A stretch of 64,000 nt of DNA from the NCBI GenBank assembly GCA_963555825.3, contig CAUVXB020000001.1, positions 832,001 through 896,000 of the forward strand. Reading direction: 5' to 3'. The stretch is from Alphaproteobacteria bacterium (GTDB taxonomy: Bacteria; Pseudomonadota; Alphaproteobacteria; JAAXGF01). A program made the position numbers and the translations under genes. How positions within the stretch are numbered: the first letter of the stretch is position 1; every line of letters starts with the position of its first letter. The notes beneath the pieces were generated by a model. It saw only the letters and a list, made by a program, of their open reading frames with translations, had not been told where the DNA came from and did not search any database. Shown here in pieces: positions 12,817-23,529 of the stretch.

Positions 12817-13725
12817 TTGCGCCGCAACACCGATCTCTTGCCCAGCCTGGCGATCGTCGCCACCGGGCTGCTGTGGGGCACATACTGGATTCCGCTGCGC
12901 GCGCTCGACGCGGCGGGCTTAAGCGGGCCGTGGGCGACCTTCGCGCCGGTCGCCGCCGGCTTGGCGCTGCTCATGCCCGTCGCCGTCGCGCGCTGGCGCC
13001 GGCTGGCCGCCGGCGGCTGGCCGCTGATCGGCATGGGGCTCTTGTGCGGCGCGGCCTTCTCGCTCTATTCCAACGCGCTCTTGATGACCGAGATCATCAC
13101 GGTCATCCTGCTGTTCTACCTGACGCCGGTGTGGGCGACGCTGCTCGCGCGCGTCTTCCTCGGCCAGCCGATTACCGTGACACGCATCCTGACGATCCTG
13201 CTCGGCATCGGCGGCATGGTGGTGGTGCTCGGCATCGACGATCGGATCCCCCTGCCGCGTGGTCTGGGAGACTGGCTCGGCCTGATTTCAGGCATCGCCT
13301 GGGCGCTCGGCTCGGTGATCATCCGCAAGCGCGACGACGTCGCCGCGATCGACAACACCTTCGCCTTCCTGACCGGCGCGACGCTGGTCGCCATCGCCCT
13401 GCCGATCCTCGCCATGCCAGCCGAGGGCGCCGCCGTCGATCCGCTCGCCTTGCCGCTCGGCGCGATCGCACCGTGGCTCGCGCTGACCACGCTGGCCTGG
13501 GCGGTACCGATCATAGTGTTGTTGATGTGGGGCACCCAACGGCTCGATCCCGGCCGCGTCGGCATTCTCTTGATGGGCGAGGTGCTGGTCGGCGCCGTCA
13601 CGGCCGCGATCCTGACCGACGAGCCCTTCGGCGCGCGCCAGTTCATCGGCGGCGGCCTGATCGTCGCGGCGGCGCTGATCGACGTGCTGGCGCAGCCGCC
13701 CGAGGCCGACGCCGCACGGGCGTAA
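12817..13725 (+). CDS. DMT/EamA family transporter
   Basis: About 10 hydrophobic segments, LLWG and LLFYLTPVW motifs. Probable TTG start at 12817. Confidence 0.8.
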   Translation: MRRNTDLLPSLAIVATGLLWGTYWIPLRALDAAGLSGPWATFAPVAAGLALLMPVAVARWRRLAAGGWPLIGMGLLCGAAFSLYSNALLMTEIITVILLFYLTPVWATLLARVFLGQPITVTRILTILLGIGGMVVVLGIDDRIPLPRGLGDWLGLISGIAWALGSVIIRKRDDVAAIDNTFAFLTGATLVAIALPILAMPAEGAAVDPLALPLGAIAPWLALTTLAWAVPIIVLLMWGTQRLDPGRVGILLMGEVLVGAVTAAILTDEPFGARQFIGGGLIVAAALIDVLAQPPEADAARA

Positions 13726-13810
13726 CGTCTCACCGGCGTCGTTGTTTCACGCGAGCGGCCGGGCGGTGTAGGATCGCGACGTCGGTCGGTTGGCGATAAC
13801 GCTGTGGGAG

Positions 13811-16528
13811 ATGTCGTCGGTGATCTATGGCTTGTTGAGCCTCCTCGCGCTCGGTCTTCTGCTGTGCATTCTGGTGGCGCCGATCGTCGCCCTGGTGCGC
13901 ACCGGGCAGTTGCGCCGCGACGTCGACCAGCTGTACCGCGAGATGGTCATGCTGCGCGCCTCGTTCGATGCGGCTCCAGCCGCCGAGCCGCCCGAGGCGC
14001 CGTCCGAGCCCGAACCCGCCGTAGAGCCTGAGCCCGCCGTAAAGCCTGATGAACCGCCGACCGACGACGAGCCGCCGCCCGCAGTGCCGCCGCCCTGCGC
14101 GCCCAAGGAGGCGCTCGAGCAGCGGCTGACCATGCGCTGGCTGGTCTGGCTGGGTGGCGTGACGATCGCGCTCGGCGGCGTGTTCCTGGTCAAGTACTCG
14201 ATCGAGCAGGAACTACTCGGGCCGGTCGGGCGGTGCAGCCTGGGCCTGGCCCTCGGCATCGCGCTGGTCGTCGCCGGCGAGTGGCTGCGCCGCCAGCCGC
14301 TGCAGCGCGCCATCGCCTCGGTGCGGCCGTCGCAGGTGCCGCCGGCGCTGACCGCGGCGGGCATCGCGACGATGTTCGCGGTGACCTACGCGGCGTTCGC
14401 GCTCTATGGCCTGATCTCGCCGCTGGTGACTTTTGCCGCCTTGGCCGTGATCGCGCTCGGCGCCTTCGCGCTGGCGCTCCTGCAAGGCCCTTTCGTCGCG
14501 CTCTTGGGGCTCGTCGGTGGCTTCCTGGTGCCCATGCTGGTGCCGTCGGACGATCCTTCGGCCTATGCGCTGTTCGGCTATCTCCTGGTCGTGCTCGCCG
14601 CCGCGCTTGCAGTGGTGCGTTACATGGCGTGGGGCTGGCTCGCCTGGATCGCACTGGCCGGCGCGATGCTGTGGACCGCGCTCTGGCTGGCTGCGGGATG
14701 GCAGCGCGGCGACGCGCTCGCGCTCGGCGGCTTCCTGATAGCGACAATTTACCTGTTCGTCTTCCTACGGCCGCGCCTCGCGCCTGGGCCGCCGGCGCCG
14801 AACCTGTGGCGCGCGTTCCTCGCCATGGCGCCGCCCGACCGCCTCGCCTGGCTCGCGGCAATCGCCGCGGCGGTCCTGATGTACGCGGTGGTGCGCCAGG
14901 ACGGCTACGGCGTCATTTCGCTGGTCGCGTTGGGCCTGCTCGCGGCGTCGTTCATGGTCATCGGCCGGCGCGAATCGGTGTTCGACGGGCTCGCCATCGT
15001 CGGCGTGGTGGCCGTGGCCGCGGCGCTGGCGACCTGGCATCTGCCCTATGTCATCGAGGACGAGCGCTTCATCTACGACATCCTGGGCACGCGCAAACCG
15101 TTCCCGGGTGCGCCGGTCGTGCCGCCCGAGCTGGTGTCCTACGTCGTCACCGCGGCGGCCTTCGCCGCGCTGTTCGCCGTCGGCGGCTTCACCGCGTTGT
15201 GGCGCGCGGCGCGGCCGGCGCTGTGGGCGGCGGTCTCGGCCGGCGCCCCGCCGCTCATCCTGGCGATCGCCTTTTGGCGCGTCGCGGCGGCCGGCGGTGA
15301 TCTCGCCTGGACCACCGCGAGCCTGGTGCTCGCCGGCCTCGCCCTCGCCGGCGCCGACCGTTGCGCCCGCCACCGCGGCGCGGCCGGCATGGAGGCGGCG
15401 CTGGGCGCCTATGCGGTCGGCGTCGTCGCGGCGGTCAGTCTGTCGGCGACCATCGCGCTCGAACAGGCCTGGCTGACCGTCGCGCTGTCGCTGCAGCTGC
15501 CGGCGCTCGCCTGGATCGACGGCAAGCTCGGCGTCCGCGCGCTGCGCCGCGTCGCCTTCGTGATTGCCGCCATCGTTTTGGCGCGTCTCGCGCTCAACCA
15601 CCAGGTGCTCGATTACCCGTCGGGCGCCGTGCCGGGGCTCAATTGGGTGCTCTACGGCTATGGCATCCCGATGGTCGCGTTCCTCGCCGCCGCCTGGCAG
15701 TTCCGCAGGCGCATCGACGACAACCTGGTGGTCGCGCTCGAGGGTGGCGCGCTGGTCTTCGGTGCCCTCTTTGTCACCCTCGAGATCCGCCATTTCGTGA
15801 CCGGCTCGCTCGATGCGCGCGACTATTCCCTGATCGAGCAGAGCCTGCAGTCGATCGCCTGGCTGGCCATCGGCTACGGCCTCTACCGCCAGCGCCGCCG
15901 GTCCGATCGGGCGGTGTTGCGTTGGGGCTGGCGCATCGTCACCTCGCTGGCGACGGCGCATGTGATCTTGATCCAGGTCGTGTTGTCGAACCCGATGATG
16001 ACCGGCGACAGGGTGGGCGACTGGCCGATCGTCAATATGCTGCTGCTCGCCTATGGTGCGCCAGGGGTCTTCGGCATCCTTTTCCTGCGCGAGGCGCGCC
16101 GCCAGAGTCATGACTGGACCGCCGCCGGCGCAGGCGTCGCCACGGTGGCGCTGTTCTTCGTTGAAATCTCGCTCGAGGTGCGCCGCGCGTTCCTGGGCGA
16201 CGACCTATGTCTCCTGCGCGGTGCGAGCGACGCCGAGTGGTACAGCTATTCGGTCGCCTGGCTGGTCTACGCCGGCATGCTGCTCGCCGCCGGCATCCTG
16301 CGCGGCCATGTCGCGTTGCGCTACGCCTCGCTCGCCATCCTGGCGCTCACCGTGCTCAAGGTCTTCTTCTCGGACATGGATGCGCTGACCGGTCTCTACC
16401 GCGCGCTTTCGTTCCTCGGCCTCGGCGCCACCCTGGTCGCCATCGGCTACCTGTACCAGCGTTTCGTCTTCCCGCAGCAGCAGCCGGCGGCCTCCGCCAC
16501 GACCGAGGACGACGACGCGGCGACGTGA
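13811..16528 (+). CDS. DUF2339-like large integral membrane protein
   Basis: Pro/Glu-rich linker, WLVWLGG..FLVKYSIE, C-terminal YSYSVAW..KVFFSDM..LYRALSFLGLG. Start uncertain (13790-13820). Confidence 0.8.
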   Translation: MSSVIYGLLSLLALGLLLCILVAPIVALVRTGQLRRDVDQLYREMVMLRASFDAAPAAEPPEAPSEPEPAVEPEPAVKPDEPPTDDEPPPAVPPPCAPKEALEQRLTMRWLVWLGGVTIALGGVFLVKYSIEQELLGPVGRCSLGLALGIALVVAGEWLRRQPLQRAIASVRPSQVPPALTAAGIATMFAVTYAAFALYGLISPLVTFAALAVIALGAFALALLQGPFVALLGLVGGFLVPMLVPSDDPSAYALFGYLLVVLAAALAVVRYMAWGWLAWIALAGAMLWTALWLAAGWQRGDALALGGFLIATIYLFVFLRPRLAPGPPAPNLWRAFLAMAPPDRLAWLAAIAAAVLMYAVVRQDGYGVISLVALGLLAASFMVIGRRESVFDGLAIVGVVAVAAALATWHLPYVIEDERFIYDILGTRKPFPGAPVVPPELVSYVVTAAAFAALFAVGGFTALWRAARPALWAAVSAGAPPLILAIAFWRVAAAGGDLAWTTASLVLAGLALAGADRCARHRGAAGMEAALGAYAVGVVAAVSLSATIALEQAWLTVALSLQLPALAWIDGKLGVRALRRVAFVIAAIVLARLALNHQVLDYPSGAVPGLNWVLYGYGIPMVAFLAAAWQFRRRIDDNLVVALEGGALVFGALFVTLEIRHFVTGSLDARDYSLIEQSLQSIAWLAIGYGLYRQRRRSDRAVLRWGWRIVTSLATAHVILIQVVLSNPMMTGDRVGDWPIVNMLLLAYGAPGVFGILFLREARRQSHDWTAAGAGVATVALFFVEISLEVRRAFLGDDLCLLRGASDAEWYSYSVAWLVYAGMLLAAGILRGHVALRYASLAILALTVLKVFFSDMDALTGLYRALSFLGLGATLVAIGYLYQRFVFPQQQPAASATTEDDDAAT

Positions 16529-16605
16529 CGCGGCGACGCTGGCGGGCACCGTCGCCGGCCTGTAGACTTATCCAGCAACCGACCCCTTCCGCGAGCCCGC
16601 ATGCC

Positions 16606-18570
16606 ATGACCCACCCGCAGTTCCCGCATCTCTTCTCGCCGCTCTCCATGCGCGGCGTGACGCTCAAGAACCGCATCTTCTCGACCGGCCACATGACCTC
16701 GCTGGTCACCGACGGCAAACCGAACGACGCTCTGGTCGCCTATCACGAGGCGCGCGCGGTGGGTGGCGCCGGGCTGATCATCGTCGAGGTCGCCGCGGTG
16801 CACTCATCGGCGATCTTCACGACCCACACGATCATGGCGACTTCCGACGACTGCATCCCCGGCTACCGCAAGATCGCCGACGCCTGCCACGCCCACGGCT
16901 GCAAGGTCTTCGGCCAGCTGTTCCACCCGGGCCGCGAGCTGATCGAATCGCTCGACGGCAGCGCGCCGGTCTCCTTTGCGCCGTCGGCGACGCCCAACGA
17001 GCGCTTTCACGTCATGCCGTCGCCGATGTCGCGCGCGATGATCGCCGAAGTCGTCGCGGGTTTCGGCGACGCCGCGCGCCGCATGATCGCGGCCGGTCTC
17101 GACGGCGTCGAGATCGTCGCCAGCCACGGCTATCTGCCAGCCCAGTTCCTCAACCCGCGCATCAATGCGCGCGACGACGACTACGGCGGCTCAGACGAGA
17201 ACCGGCTGCGCTTTCTGCGCGAGGTCGCCGCCGATGTCCGCGCCAAGATCGGCGGCGACGCGGTGCTCGGCATGCGCATCTCGGGCGACGAGAAGAGCGT
17301 CGAGGGGCTCACCGTCGACGAGGTGATCGAGGCCTGCATAGCGCTCGACGGCGACGGCGCGCTCGACTACTACAACGTCATCGCCGGCTCGTCGTCGACG
17401 CTCGCCGGCTCGATCCACATCGTGCCGCCGATGCTGATCGACAACGCCTATGTCGCGCCCTATGCCGCGGGTGTTCGCGCCAAGGTTTCCAAGCCGGTGT
17501 TCGTCGCCGGGCGCATCAACCAACCGCAGATCGCCGAGCAGGTGCTCGAAGGCGGCCAGGCCGATATGTGCGGCATGACGCGCGCCATGATCTGCGACCC
17601 GGCGATGGCCGGCAAGGCCGAGGCCGGCCGCGCCGACGACATCCGCGCCTGCATCGCCTGCAATCAGGCGTGCATCGGACATATGCTGGCCGGCTACTCG
17701 ATCTCCTGCATCCAACACCCCGAGACCGGGCGCGAGCTGGTCTACGGCACCCGCGTGCCGGCCGAACGCGCGCGCAAGGTGCTGGTCGCCGGCGGCGGGC
17801 CGGGCGGCATGAAGGCCGCGGCGGTCGCCGCCGAGCGCGGCCACGACGTGACGCTTTATGAGCGGGGCTCGCGGCTCGGCGGCCAGACGCTCTTGGCCCA
17901 GCTGCTGCCCGGGCGCGCCGAGTTCGGCGGCATCGTCCCCAATCTCACGCGCGAGATGGAGCTGGCCGGCGTCACCGTGGTCAAGAACACCGCCGTCACC
18001 CGAGAGCTGGTCGAAGCGGAAGCGCCCGAGGCCGTAATCGTCGCGACCGGCGCGAGGCCGCGCCGGCCCGAAATCGAAGGCGCCGAGGAGGCGCATGTCG
18101 TCGACGCCTGGCAGGTGCTCGGCGACGAGGTCAACGTCGGCCAATCGGTCGTCGTCGCCGACTGGCGCTGCGACTGGATCGGCCTCGGCCTGGCCGAGAA
18201 GCTGGCGCGCGACGGCTGCCACGTGCGCCTCGCGGTCAACGGCTACATGCCGGGCCAAACCATCCAGCAGTACGTCCGCGATCACTGGATCGGCATCCTG
18301 CACAAGTTGGGCGTCGAGATCATCCCCTACGTCCGGCTGTTCGGCGCCGACGCGGATGCGGTCTACCTGCAGCACACCACGAGCGGCGAGCCGGTGATCT
18401 GCGAGAACGTCGAGACACTGGTCGTCTCGCTCGGCCACGAGAGCGACACCGGCCTGATCGGTGCGCTCGACGGCTACGCCGGCGCGGTGCATGCGATCGG
18501 CGACTGCCGCGCGCCGCGCACCGCCGAAGAAGCCGTCCTCGAGGGCCTCAAGGTGGCTTCGGCGCTGTAA
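16606..18570 (+). CDS. NADH:flavin oxidoreductase (old yellow enzyme TIM barrel + 4Fe-4S + FAD domain)
   Basis: LKNRIF, HGYLPAQFL..RDDDYGGS..NRLRF, CIACNQAC, VAGGGPGG. Confidence 0.9.
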   Translation: MTHPQFPHLFSPLSMRGVTLKNRIFSTGHMTSLVTDGKPNDALVAYHEARAVGGAGLIIVEVAAVHSSAIFTTHTIMATSDDCIPGYRKIADACHAHGCKVFGQLFHPGRELIESLDGSAPVSFAPSATPNERFHVMPSPMSRAMIAEVVAGFGDAARRMIAAGLDGVEIVASHGYLPAQFLNPRINARDDDYGGSDENRLRFLREVAADVRAKIGGDAVLGMRISGDEKSVEGLTVDEVIEACIALDGDGALDYYNVIAGSSSTLAGSIHIVPPMLIDNAYVAPYAAGVRAKVSKPVFVAGRINQPQIAEQVLEGGQADMCGMTRAMICDPAMAGKAEAGRADDIRACIACNQACIGHMLAGYSISCIQHPETGRELVYGTRVPAERARKVLVAGGGPGGMKAAAVAAERGHDVTLYERGSRLGGQTLLAQLLPGRAEFGGIVPNLTREMELAGVTVVKNTAVTRELVEAEAPEAVIVATGARPRRPEIEGAEEAHVVDAWQVLGDEVNVGQSVVVADWRCDWIGLGLAEKLARDGCHVRLAVNGYMPGQTIQQYVRDHWIGILHKLGVEIIPYVRLFGADADAVYLQHTTSGEPVICENVETLVVSLGHESDTGLIGALDGYAGAVHAIGDCRAPRTAEEAVLEGLKVASAL

Positions 18571-18782
18571 TCGCCGGCGCGCAGGCAGCACATTCGCGTC
18601 GTGAACCGGTTCAATAAACGTTAGCTTACGAGCCGAAACGGACGTTCGGTGTGAATGACTGGAAATCGGCCAGAAGCGGCCGAACAGTGCGGTTGGCGGA
18701 TTGGAAAACAATCGTTCGTCCCCAACCGATTGCACTACCGTTCGGGACCGCAAGCGAACAAGTTGGATTCGTCGAGCGACCA

Positions 18783-19895
18783 TCAGACCGGATCGAGCTC
18801 CGGCGGGATGAGGACGAGCTTACCAGTGTGCTTCTTCTCGACGAAGTCACGTTGCGCTTGAACGATGTTCTCCAGAGCATACGTCTCCGCGACGACAGGG
18901 CGAACCTCGCCTCTTTCTATGTAACCGACGAGGTTTTCGAACACGACATCTTCCTGAAACGTGCAGCCGAAGAAGCTCAGATCTTTCAGGTACAGCGTTC
19001 GAACGTCCAATTCCACCATGGGGCCTGCGATTGCGCCGGCTGTCACATAACGCCCCCCGCGGCGGAGGATCTCAAGCAGTGCCGGCCATTGCGCGCCGGC
19101 AACGAGATCGACGACTACGTCAACCGTCTCGCGTCCGAGGGCGGCGACGAGCTTCGCATCGCGCTCAACAACTTGGTCGGCGCCCAGCGCCAGCACCTCG
19201 TCGAACTTGCTACGCCCGCAGACCGCCGTCACCTGGGCGCCGCGGCGCTTGCCAAGCTGGACGGCAGCTGAGCCGACGCCACCTGATGCGCCGGTGATCA
19301 GGACCTGTTCCTCACCCACATTCGCGCGGTGCAGCATGCCCTCCGCCGTCGAATAGGCGCAGGGGATCGAGGCGAGTTCGGCATCTGACCAGTCGCACGC
19401 GACCCGGTAGGTCTCGCGCGCCGGCGCCGTCGCGAACTGGGCGAACGCGCCGTCGCATTCCGAGCCGAAGGTCCAGCACTCGAAAGGGCGATAGTCGACA
19501 GGCGTCCGGAGCATGTTCCTGACAACAACGCGCTCCCCGATTCGCGCTGGATCGACGCCGTTCCCGACATTAACGACACGCCCGCAGCAGTCTGCGCCTT
19601 GGATGCGGGGGAACGAGACCGGGATGCCTGACCAGCTCGCGTCGTCATCCGATGCCGACGCAAACCCGCCTTCTCCGCCAGCATTCGTGTCCGATGTCAC
19701 GGATTTTGAGTACCACGCGATCCGCGTGTTGATGTCGGTATTGTTGACCCCTGCCGCGCGCACCTGAATCAGGACTTCGCCGGTGTCCGGCTTGGGCGTC
19801 GGTACATTGGTGCGATAGTCGAGATTGTCGAAACCGCCATGCCCAGTGAGCAAGACAGCCGCCATCTTCTCAGGAGTTGTCGGTGGATTGGCCAA
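18783..19895 (-). CDS. MDR family alcohol dehydrogenase / quinone oxidoreductase
   Basis: AAGVNNTD, IQGADCCG, ITGASGGVG, HTGKLVL. Confidence 0.88.
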   Translation of the reverse strand: MANPPTTPEKMAAVLLTGHGGFDNLDYRTNVPTPKPDTGEVLIQVRAAGVNNTDINTRIAWYSKSVTSDTNAGGEGGFASASDDDASWSGIPVSFPRIQGADCCGRVVNVGNGVDPARIGERVVVRNMLRTPVDYRPFECWTFGSECDGAFAQFATAPARETYRVACDWSDAELASIPCAYSTAEGMLHRANVGEEQVLITGASGGVGSAAVQLGKRRGAQVTAVCGRSKFDEVLALGADQVVERDAKLVAALGRETVDVVVDLVAGAQWPALLEILRRGGRYVTAGAIAGPMVELDVRTLYLKDLSFFGCTFQEDVVFENLVGYIERGEVRPVVAETYALENIVQAQRDFVEKKHTGKLVLIPPELDPV

Positions 19896-19904
19896 GGCGT
19901 GTGC

Positions 19905-21119
19905 TCAAATTAACAGGACGTCTTCGAACGGCAGGCTACTCATCAGCTCGTGACCGGATGACGTCACGACGAGTTGCTGCTCGAGCTTCACACCTTCATA
20001 CCCCTCGACCTCGCCGGCATAGGCCTCGGCGCAAATGACCATGCCGGACTCCAGTTCCATGTCGGGATACGGCATCCGATGGATCTCGTCCTTCCTGCAG
20101 AGAAGCGGAAATTCGATCTGTACGCCCGCCCCATGTCCGACGGCCTCCTGATAGGCTCTGAACTCCTCCGGCGGCTCAAAGCAGCGCTCGGCGATCTCGC
20201 GGAAAGAAACGCCGGGACGCATGAGGTCCAGATTGTGGTGCAGGGTGTCATAGGCTACGCGATAGAGCCGTTTTTGCGCATCGCTCGGCCTGTCGCCGCA
20301 GAGATAGGCGCGAGAGATATCACCGACATAGCCGAAAGGGCCGACCATATCGGTGTCGAAAACGATCAGCTCGCCATCTTCGACGACCTTTTCGCTCGCG
20401 GACTGATACCAGGGATTGGTCCGCGCACCAGAGGTCAGCAAGCGCGTCTCCAACCACTCCCCGCCATGCTCCACGTTAGTCTCATGCAGGGTGGCCCAGA
20501 GTTGTTGCTCCGTGATGCCCGGTCGCAGGCGTTCTCGAATCCGCCGTGCCCCGAGGTCCGCGACCTCCACCGCAGCGCGCAGACACGTGATCTCCTCATC
20601 GGATTTGATGAGCCGGGCCCGCGCCATGAGGCCGTCGCCGTCGAGCACGCCAAAGCCTCGCTTAACCAACTCGGCACAGGCCGGGGGTGACAGCTTGTCG
20701 ATGGCCACCCGGCGGCTGTCGCCACAGTGCTCGCGCATCAGGGCTTCCAGTTCGGCGCACCAAGCCTCGACGAACGGAGCCTTGGCGTCGAGTTTGTAGA
20801 AGGTTGCGAAGGACGTTGCTGGACGCACGTCGGCGACGAACTCCAGATCATCAGCCGAGATCGGGCAGGTTTTCAGCGCATATTCGAACATAATCGGTAG
20901 GCCATCCGCTGGGACGAATGCGTATCGGACGGGCGTGTAGGACGTCCATAGAAGATTGGCGTTTGTCAGGTTGGTGGCGTAGCGGATATTCTGCGGCTCG
21001 AACAGCACGGCGGCCGCAATATCGCTATGGTGCAGCTGTTGCTGAATGCGTGCAAGCCGATGGCGGCAAAGTGCCCGAAAGTCGATGGCCGCATCGGCCC
21101 GCTCCTTGATAGTTTGCAT
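19905..21119 (-). CDS. M24 (Xaa-Pro peptidase fold) protein, DddP-like
   Basis: NIRYAT, GGEWLETRLLTSGARTNPW, FDTDMVG..DISR, HGAG, EGVKLEQQ. Confidence 0.8.
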   Translation of the reverse strand: MQTIKERADAAIDFRALCRHRLARIQQQLHHSDIAAAVLFEPQNIRYATNLTNANLLWTSYTPVRYAFVPADGLPIMFEYALKTCPISADDLEFVADVRPATSFATFYKLDAKAPFVEAWCAELEALMREHCGDSRRVAIDKLSPPACAELVKRGFGVLDGDGLMARARLIKSDEEITCLRAAVEVADLGARRIRERLRPGITEQQLWATLHETNVEHGGEWLETRLLTSGARTNPWYQSASEKVVEDGELIVFDTDMVGPFGYVGDISRAYLCGDRPSDAQKRLYRVAYDTLHHNLDLMRPGVSFREIAERCFEPPEEFRAYQEAVGHGAGVQIEFPLLCRKDEIHRMPYPDMELESGMVICAEAYAGEVEGYEGVKLEQQLVVTSSGHELMSSLPFEDVLLI

Positions 21120-21184
21120 GTCCAAATCCGGCCCCCACTGGTATGTCTAGTGTCTGTGCACAATAGTATAGTGATCGCTCTACT

Positions 21185-21739
21185 TTGGCAAAGACGAATA
21201 CGAAGATCAAGATCGCCGCAGCCGCCAATCGGCTGTTTTCAGAGCACGGCTTCGCGGAACCGGGCGTCGAAGCGATCCGTGAAGCCGCAGATGTCAGTAT
21301 CCGGACTCTCTACAAACACTATCCATCGAAGAATGCGATGATCGTCGCCGCGCTCGCCTATCGCCACAAGGCGTATCTGGCGCATCTGCGAAAAAATTCA
21401 CCATCCGCCCCAGGCTCGGCGGCGATTGCACACCTGTTCCAGTGCGTGGCGGTATGGATGAGCGGCGATCACGCGCGCGGTTGTCTGTTCCTCCAGGCGC
21501 TCGCCGCCTATCCGGGGAGCACGACGATCATCAATGAGGTTGAGCGAAATAAAAGCGGTGTCAGGGCCGAGATTGCACGCCGTGTCCCTGCTCACAATCA
21601 AGCGATCATCCCGATACTTTTCCTTCTGCACGAAGGCGTGACGGCGGCTGCTTCTAGTGTCGGGGCGAAGGTAGCCGCAGAAAATGCGATCGCGGCGGCC
21701 AACAGGCTTCTTGCGGGAAATGACCTCCCACCAGGGTAG
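21185..21739 (+). CDS. TetR/AcrR family regulator
   Basis: AANRLFSEHGF..IREAADVSIRTLYKHYPSK HTH; GCLF motif. Divergent from the M24 gene. Confidence 0.88.
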   Translation: MAKTNTKIKIAAAANRLFSEHGFAEPGVEAIREAADVSIRTLYKHYPSKNAMIVAALAYRHKAYLAHLRKNSPSAPGSAAIAHLFQCVAVWMSGDHARGCLFLQALAAYPGSTTIINEVERNKSGVRAEIARRVPAHNQAIIPILFLLHEGVTAAASSVGAKVAAENAIAAANRLLAGNDLPPG

Positions 21740-21845
21740 CATTGGCCTTTTTAAGTATCTCACGAGGTCGACTTGAGTTGGAGGGCCGGTTAGCGATCCG
21801 AAAGCAGCCGTTCACGTGGACGACACCAAAGGTCCGCCTCGGGTC

Positions 21846-23529
21846 CAGACTGTGTAAGAACGTTTGCTGCGTGATCTGTACGGCGCGTCTTTGGCTTCGA
21901 TGATCCGTCGCGGCGGGTATTCCGGGATTAAGGATTTTCGCCACTCGTGCGGACCTGTCGGCCGGCTGGCGCCGGTGTGAGCTGCGATTTGGCCGGATAT
22001 GGGCGCAATTTGCGGCGCAGAGAGGCCTATGCGGTCCTCATCGCCGCGATCAGCGGGTCGATGCCCGTGATGTTCATGACGCGCTTGAGATTGTAGGCCA
22101 GCACGTGCAGGGCCATCTCGGTCCTCACCCGTTTCAGCGTCTTCGTCTGGAAATGCGTCGCGCCCATCCAGGACTTGATGGTGCCGAAGGGATGCTCGGC
22201 CGTCTCGCGCCGCCGACGCATCGCCTCCGGGTGCTCGTCGAGCCGCCTCTCGACGGCCTCGAGAACATGCTCGTGCTGCCAGCGGGTGATGCGGCGCTGC
22301 TTGGCCGTGGTGCAGCGATGCTTGATGGCGCATCCCTGACAGGCGTTGGTCCAGTAGCGCCGCATGCTCAGCCCCCTCTCCTGGCTGGTGAAGCGGTAGA
22401 CCAAACGCTCGCCGGCCGGGCAGCGATAGACATCGTCGGCGGCCAGATAGACGAAGTCCTGTTTGCCGAAGCGGCCCTTGGCCTTGGCTCCAGAGGTCAG
22501 CGGCTTAGGCAATGTGACGGTGATGCCGGCCTCATCGCAGGCCAGAATCTCCTTACCGTTGTAGTAGCCGCGATCGGCAACGACATCCAACTCGTCGGTC
22601 TCCAGAGCCGCCTTGGTCCGCTTCGCCATGGCTGAGAGCTGGGCGCGGTCGGTGCCCTGATTGGTCACCTCGTGGGCGACGATCAGGTGGTGCTTGGTGT
22701 CGACGGCGGCCTGAACGTTGTAGCCGACCACGCCGGAACCCCGGCCGCTCGTCGCCATCGAGCGGGCATCGGGATCGCTCAGAGAGATCTGCTGGTCCGG
22801 GCTCGCACGCCGCTCGACTTCAAGCGCCTTCAGGCGCCGCATCTCCTCCTTGAGGATCGCGATCTTGTCGGCCAGACGAGTCGTCTTGGTCGTGCGCGCC
22901 AGCGACGGCTCTTGCCGGTCGGCGCTGTCCAACTGGTCCAGATAGCGCGCAACGCTCTCCTCGATCTGCGCCACCCGCCGCGCCATCTTGGCCCGCGTGA
23001 AGTTCCTGTCCCGGCTGTTGACCGCCTTGAACTTCGAGCCATCGATCGCCACGCTCGCCTCGGCGAACAGCCCGAGTTGCCGGCACAGCGCGACGAACCG
23101 GGCGCAGACCTTGCGGATCGCACGGCCGTTGTCCTTGCGGAAGTCGGCGATCGTCTTGTGATCCGGCGCCAGCCGGCCGACCAGCCACATCACTTCCACA
23201 TTGCGCCCGGCCTCCCTCTCGAGCCGACGGCTCGACTGAACCCGGTTGAGATAGCCGTAGATGTAGAGCTTCAACAAATCGCAAGGATGATAGGCCGGCC
23301 TGCCGGTCGCCAGCGGCTCGACCCGGTCGAACCCGAGGCCGCCAAGATCGAGCTCATCGACGAAGACGTCGATCGCCCGAACCGGGTTGTCGTCGCCGAT
23401 CCAGTCTTCCAGGCGCTCCGGAAACAACGTGCCCTGGCTGCGATCGACACCCTCGACAAAACGCTTCATCAGACCCTCCCGCCAAAGCACGAGAGAATCA
23501 TAACACCATCGACGTTTTTACACAGTCTG
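21846..23529 (-). mobile_element. IS1182 family element (1684 bp)
   Basis: IRs CAGACTGTGTAAGAACG / CGTTTTTACACAGTCTG; GGTC repeated at 21842-21845 and 23530-23533. Confidence 0.9.
22027..23469 (-). CDS. IS1182 family transposase
   Basis: GRPAYHP..LYIYGY..SSRRLE, PDHKTIADFR, IDGSK, VADRGY, EHPFGTIK. Confidence 0.93.
   Translation of the reverse strand: MKRFVEGVDRSQGTLFPERLEDWIGDDNPVRAIDVFVDELDLGGLGFDRVEPLATGRPAYHPCDLLKLYIYGYLNRVQSSRRLEREAGRNVEVMWLVGRLAPDHKTIADFRKDNGRAIRKVCARFVALCRQLGLFAEASVAIDGSKFKAVNSRDRNFTRAKMARRVAQIEESVARYLDQLDSADRQEPSLARTTKTTRLADKIAILKEEMRRLKALEVERRASPDQQISLSDPDARSMATSGRGSGVVGYNVQAAVDTKHHLIVAHEVTNQGTDRAQLSAMAKRTKAALETDELDVVADRGYYNGKEILACDEAGITVTLPKPLTSGAKAKGRFGKQDFVYLAADDVYRCPAGERLVYRFTSQERGLSMRRYWTNACQGCAIKHRCTTAKQRRITRWQHEHVLEAVERRLDEHPEAMRRRRETAEHPFGTIKSWMGATHFQTKTLKRVRTEMALHVLAYNLKRVMNITGIDPLIAAMRTA

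Noticed and set aside
13980-14100. GAGCC-rich repeats (also 25715-25765)
   Set aside because: Pro/Glu low-complexity protein linkers.
19905-21119. Assigning the symbol dddP
   Set aside because: The catalytic-base motif appears altered, so function is not assured.
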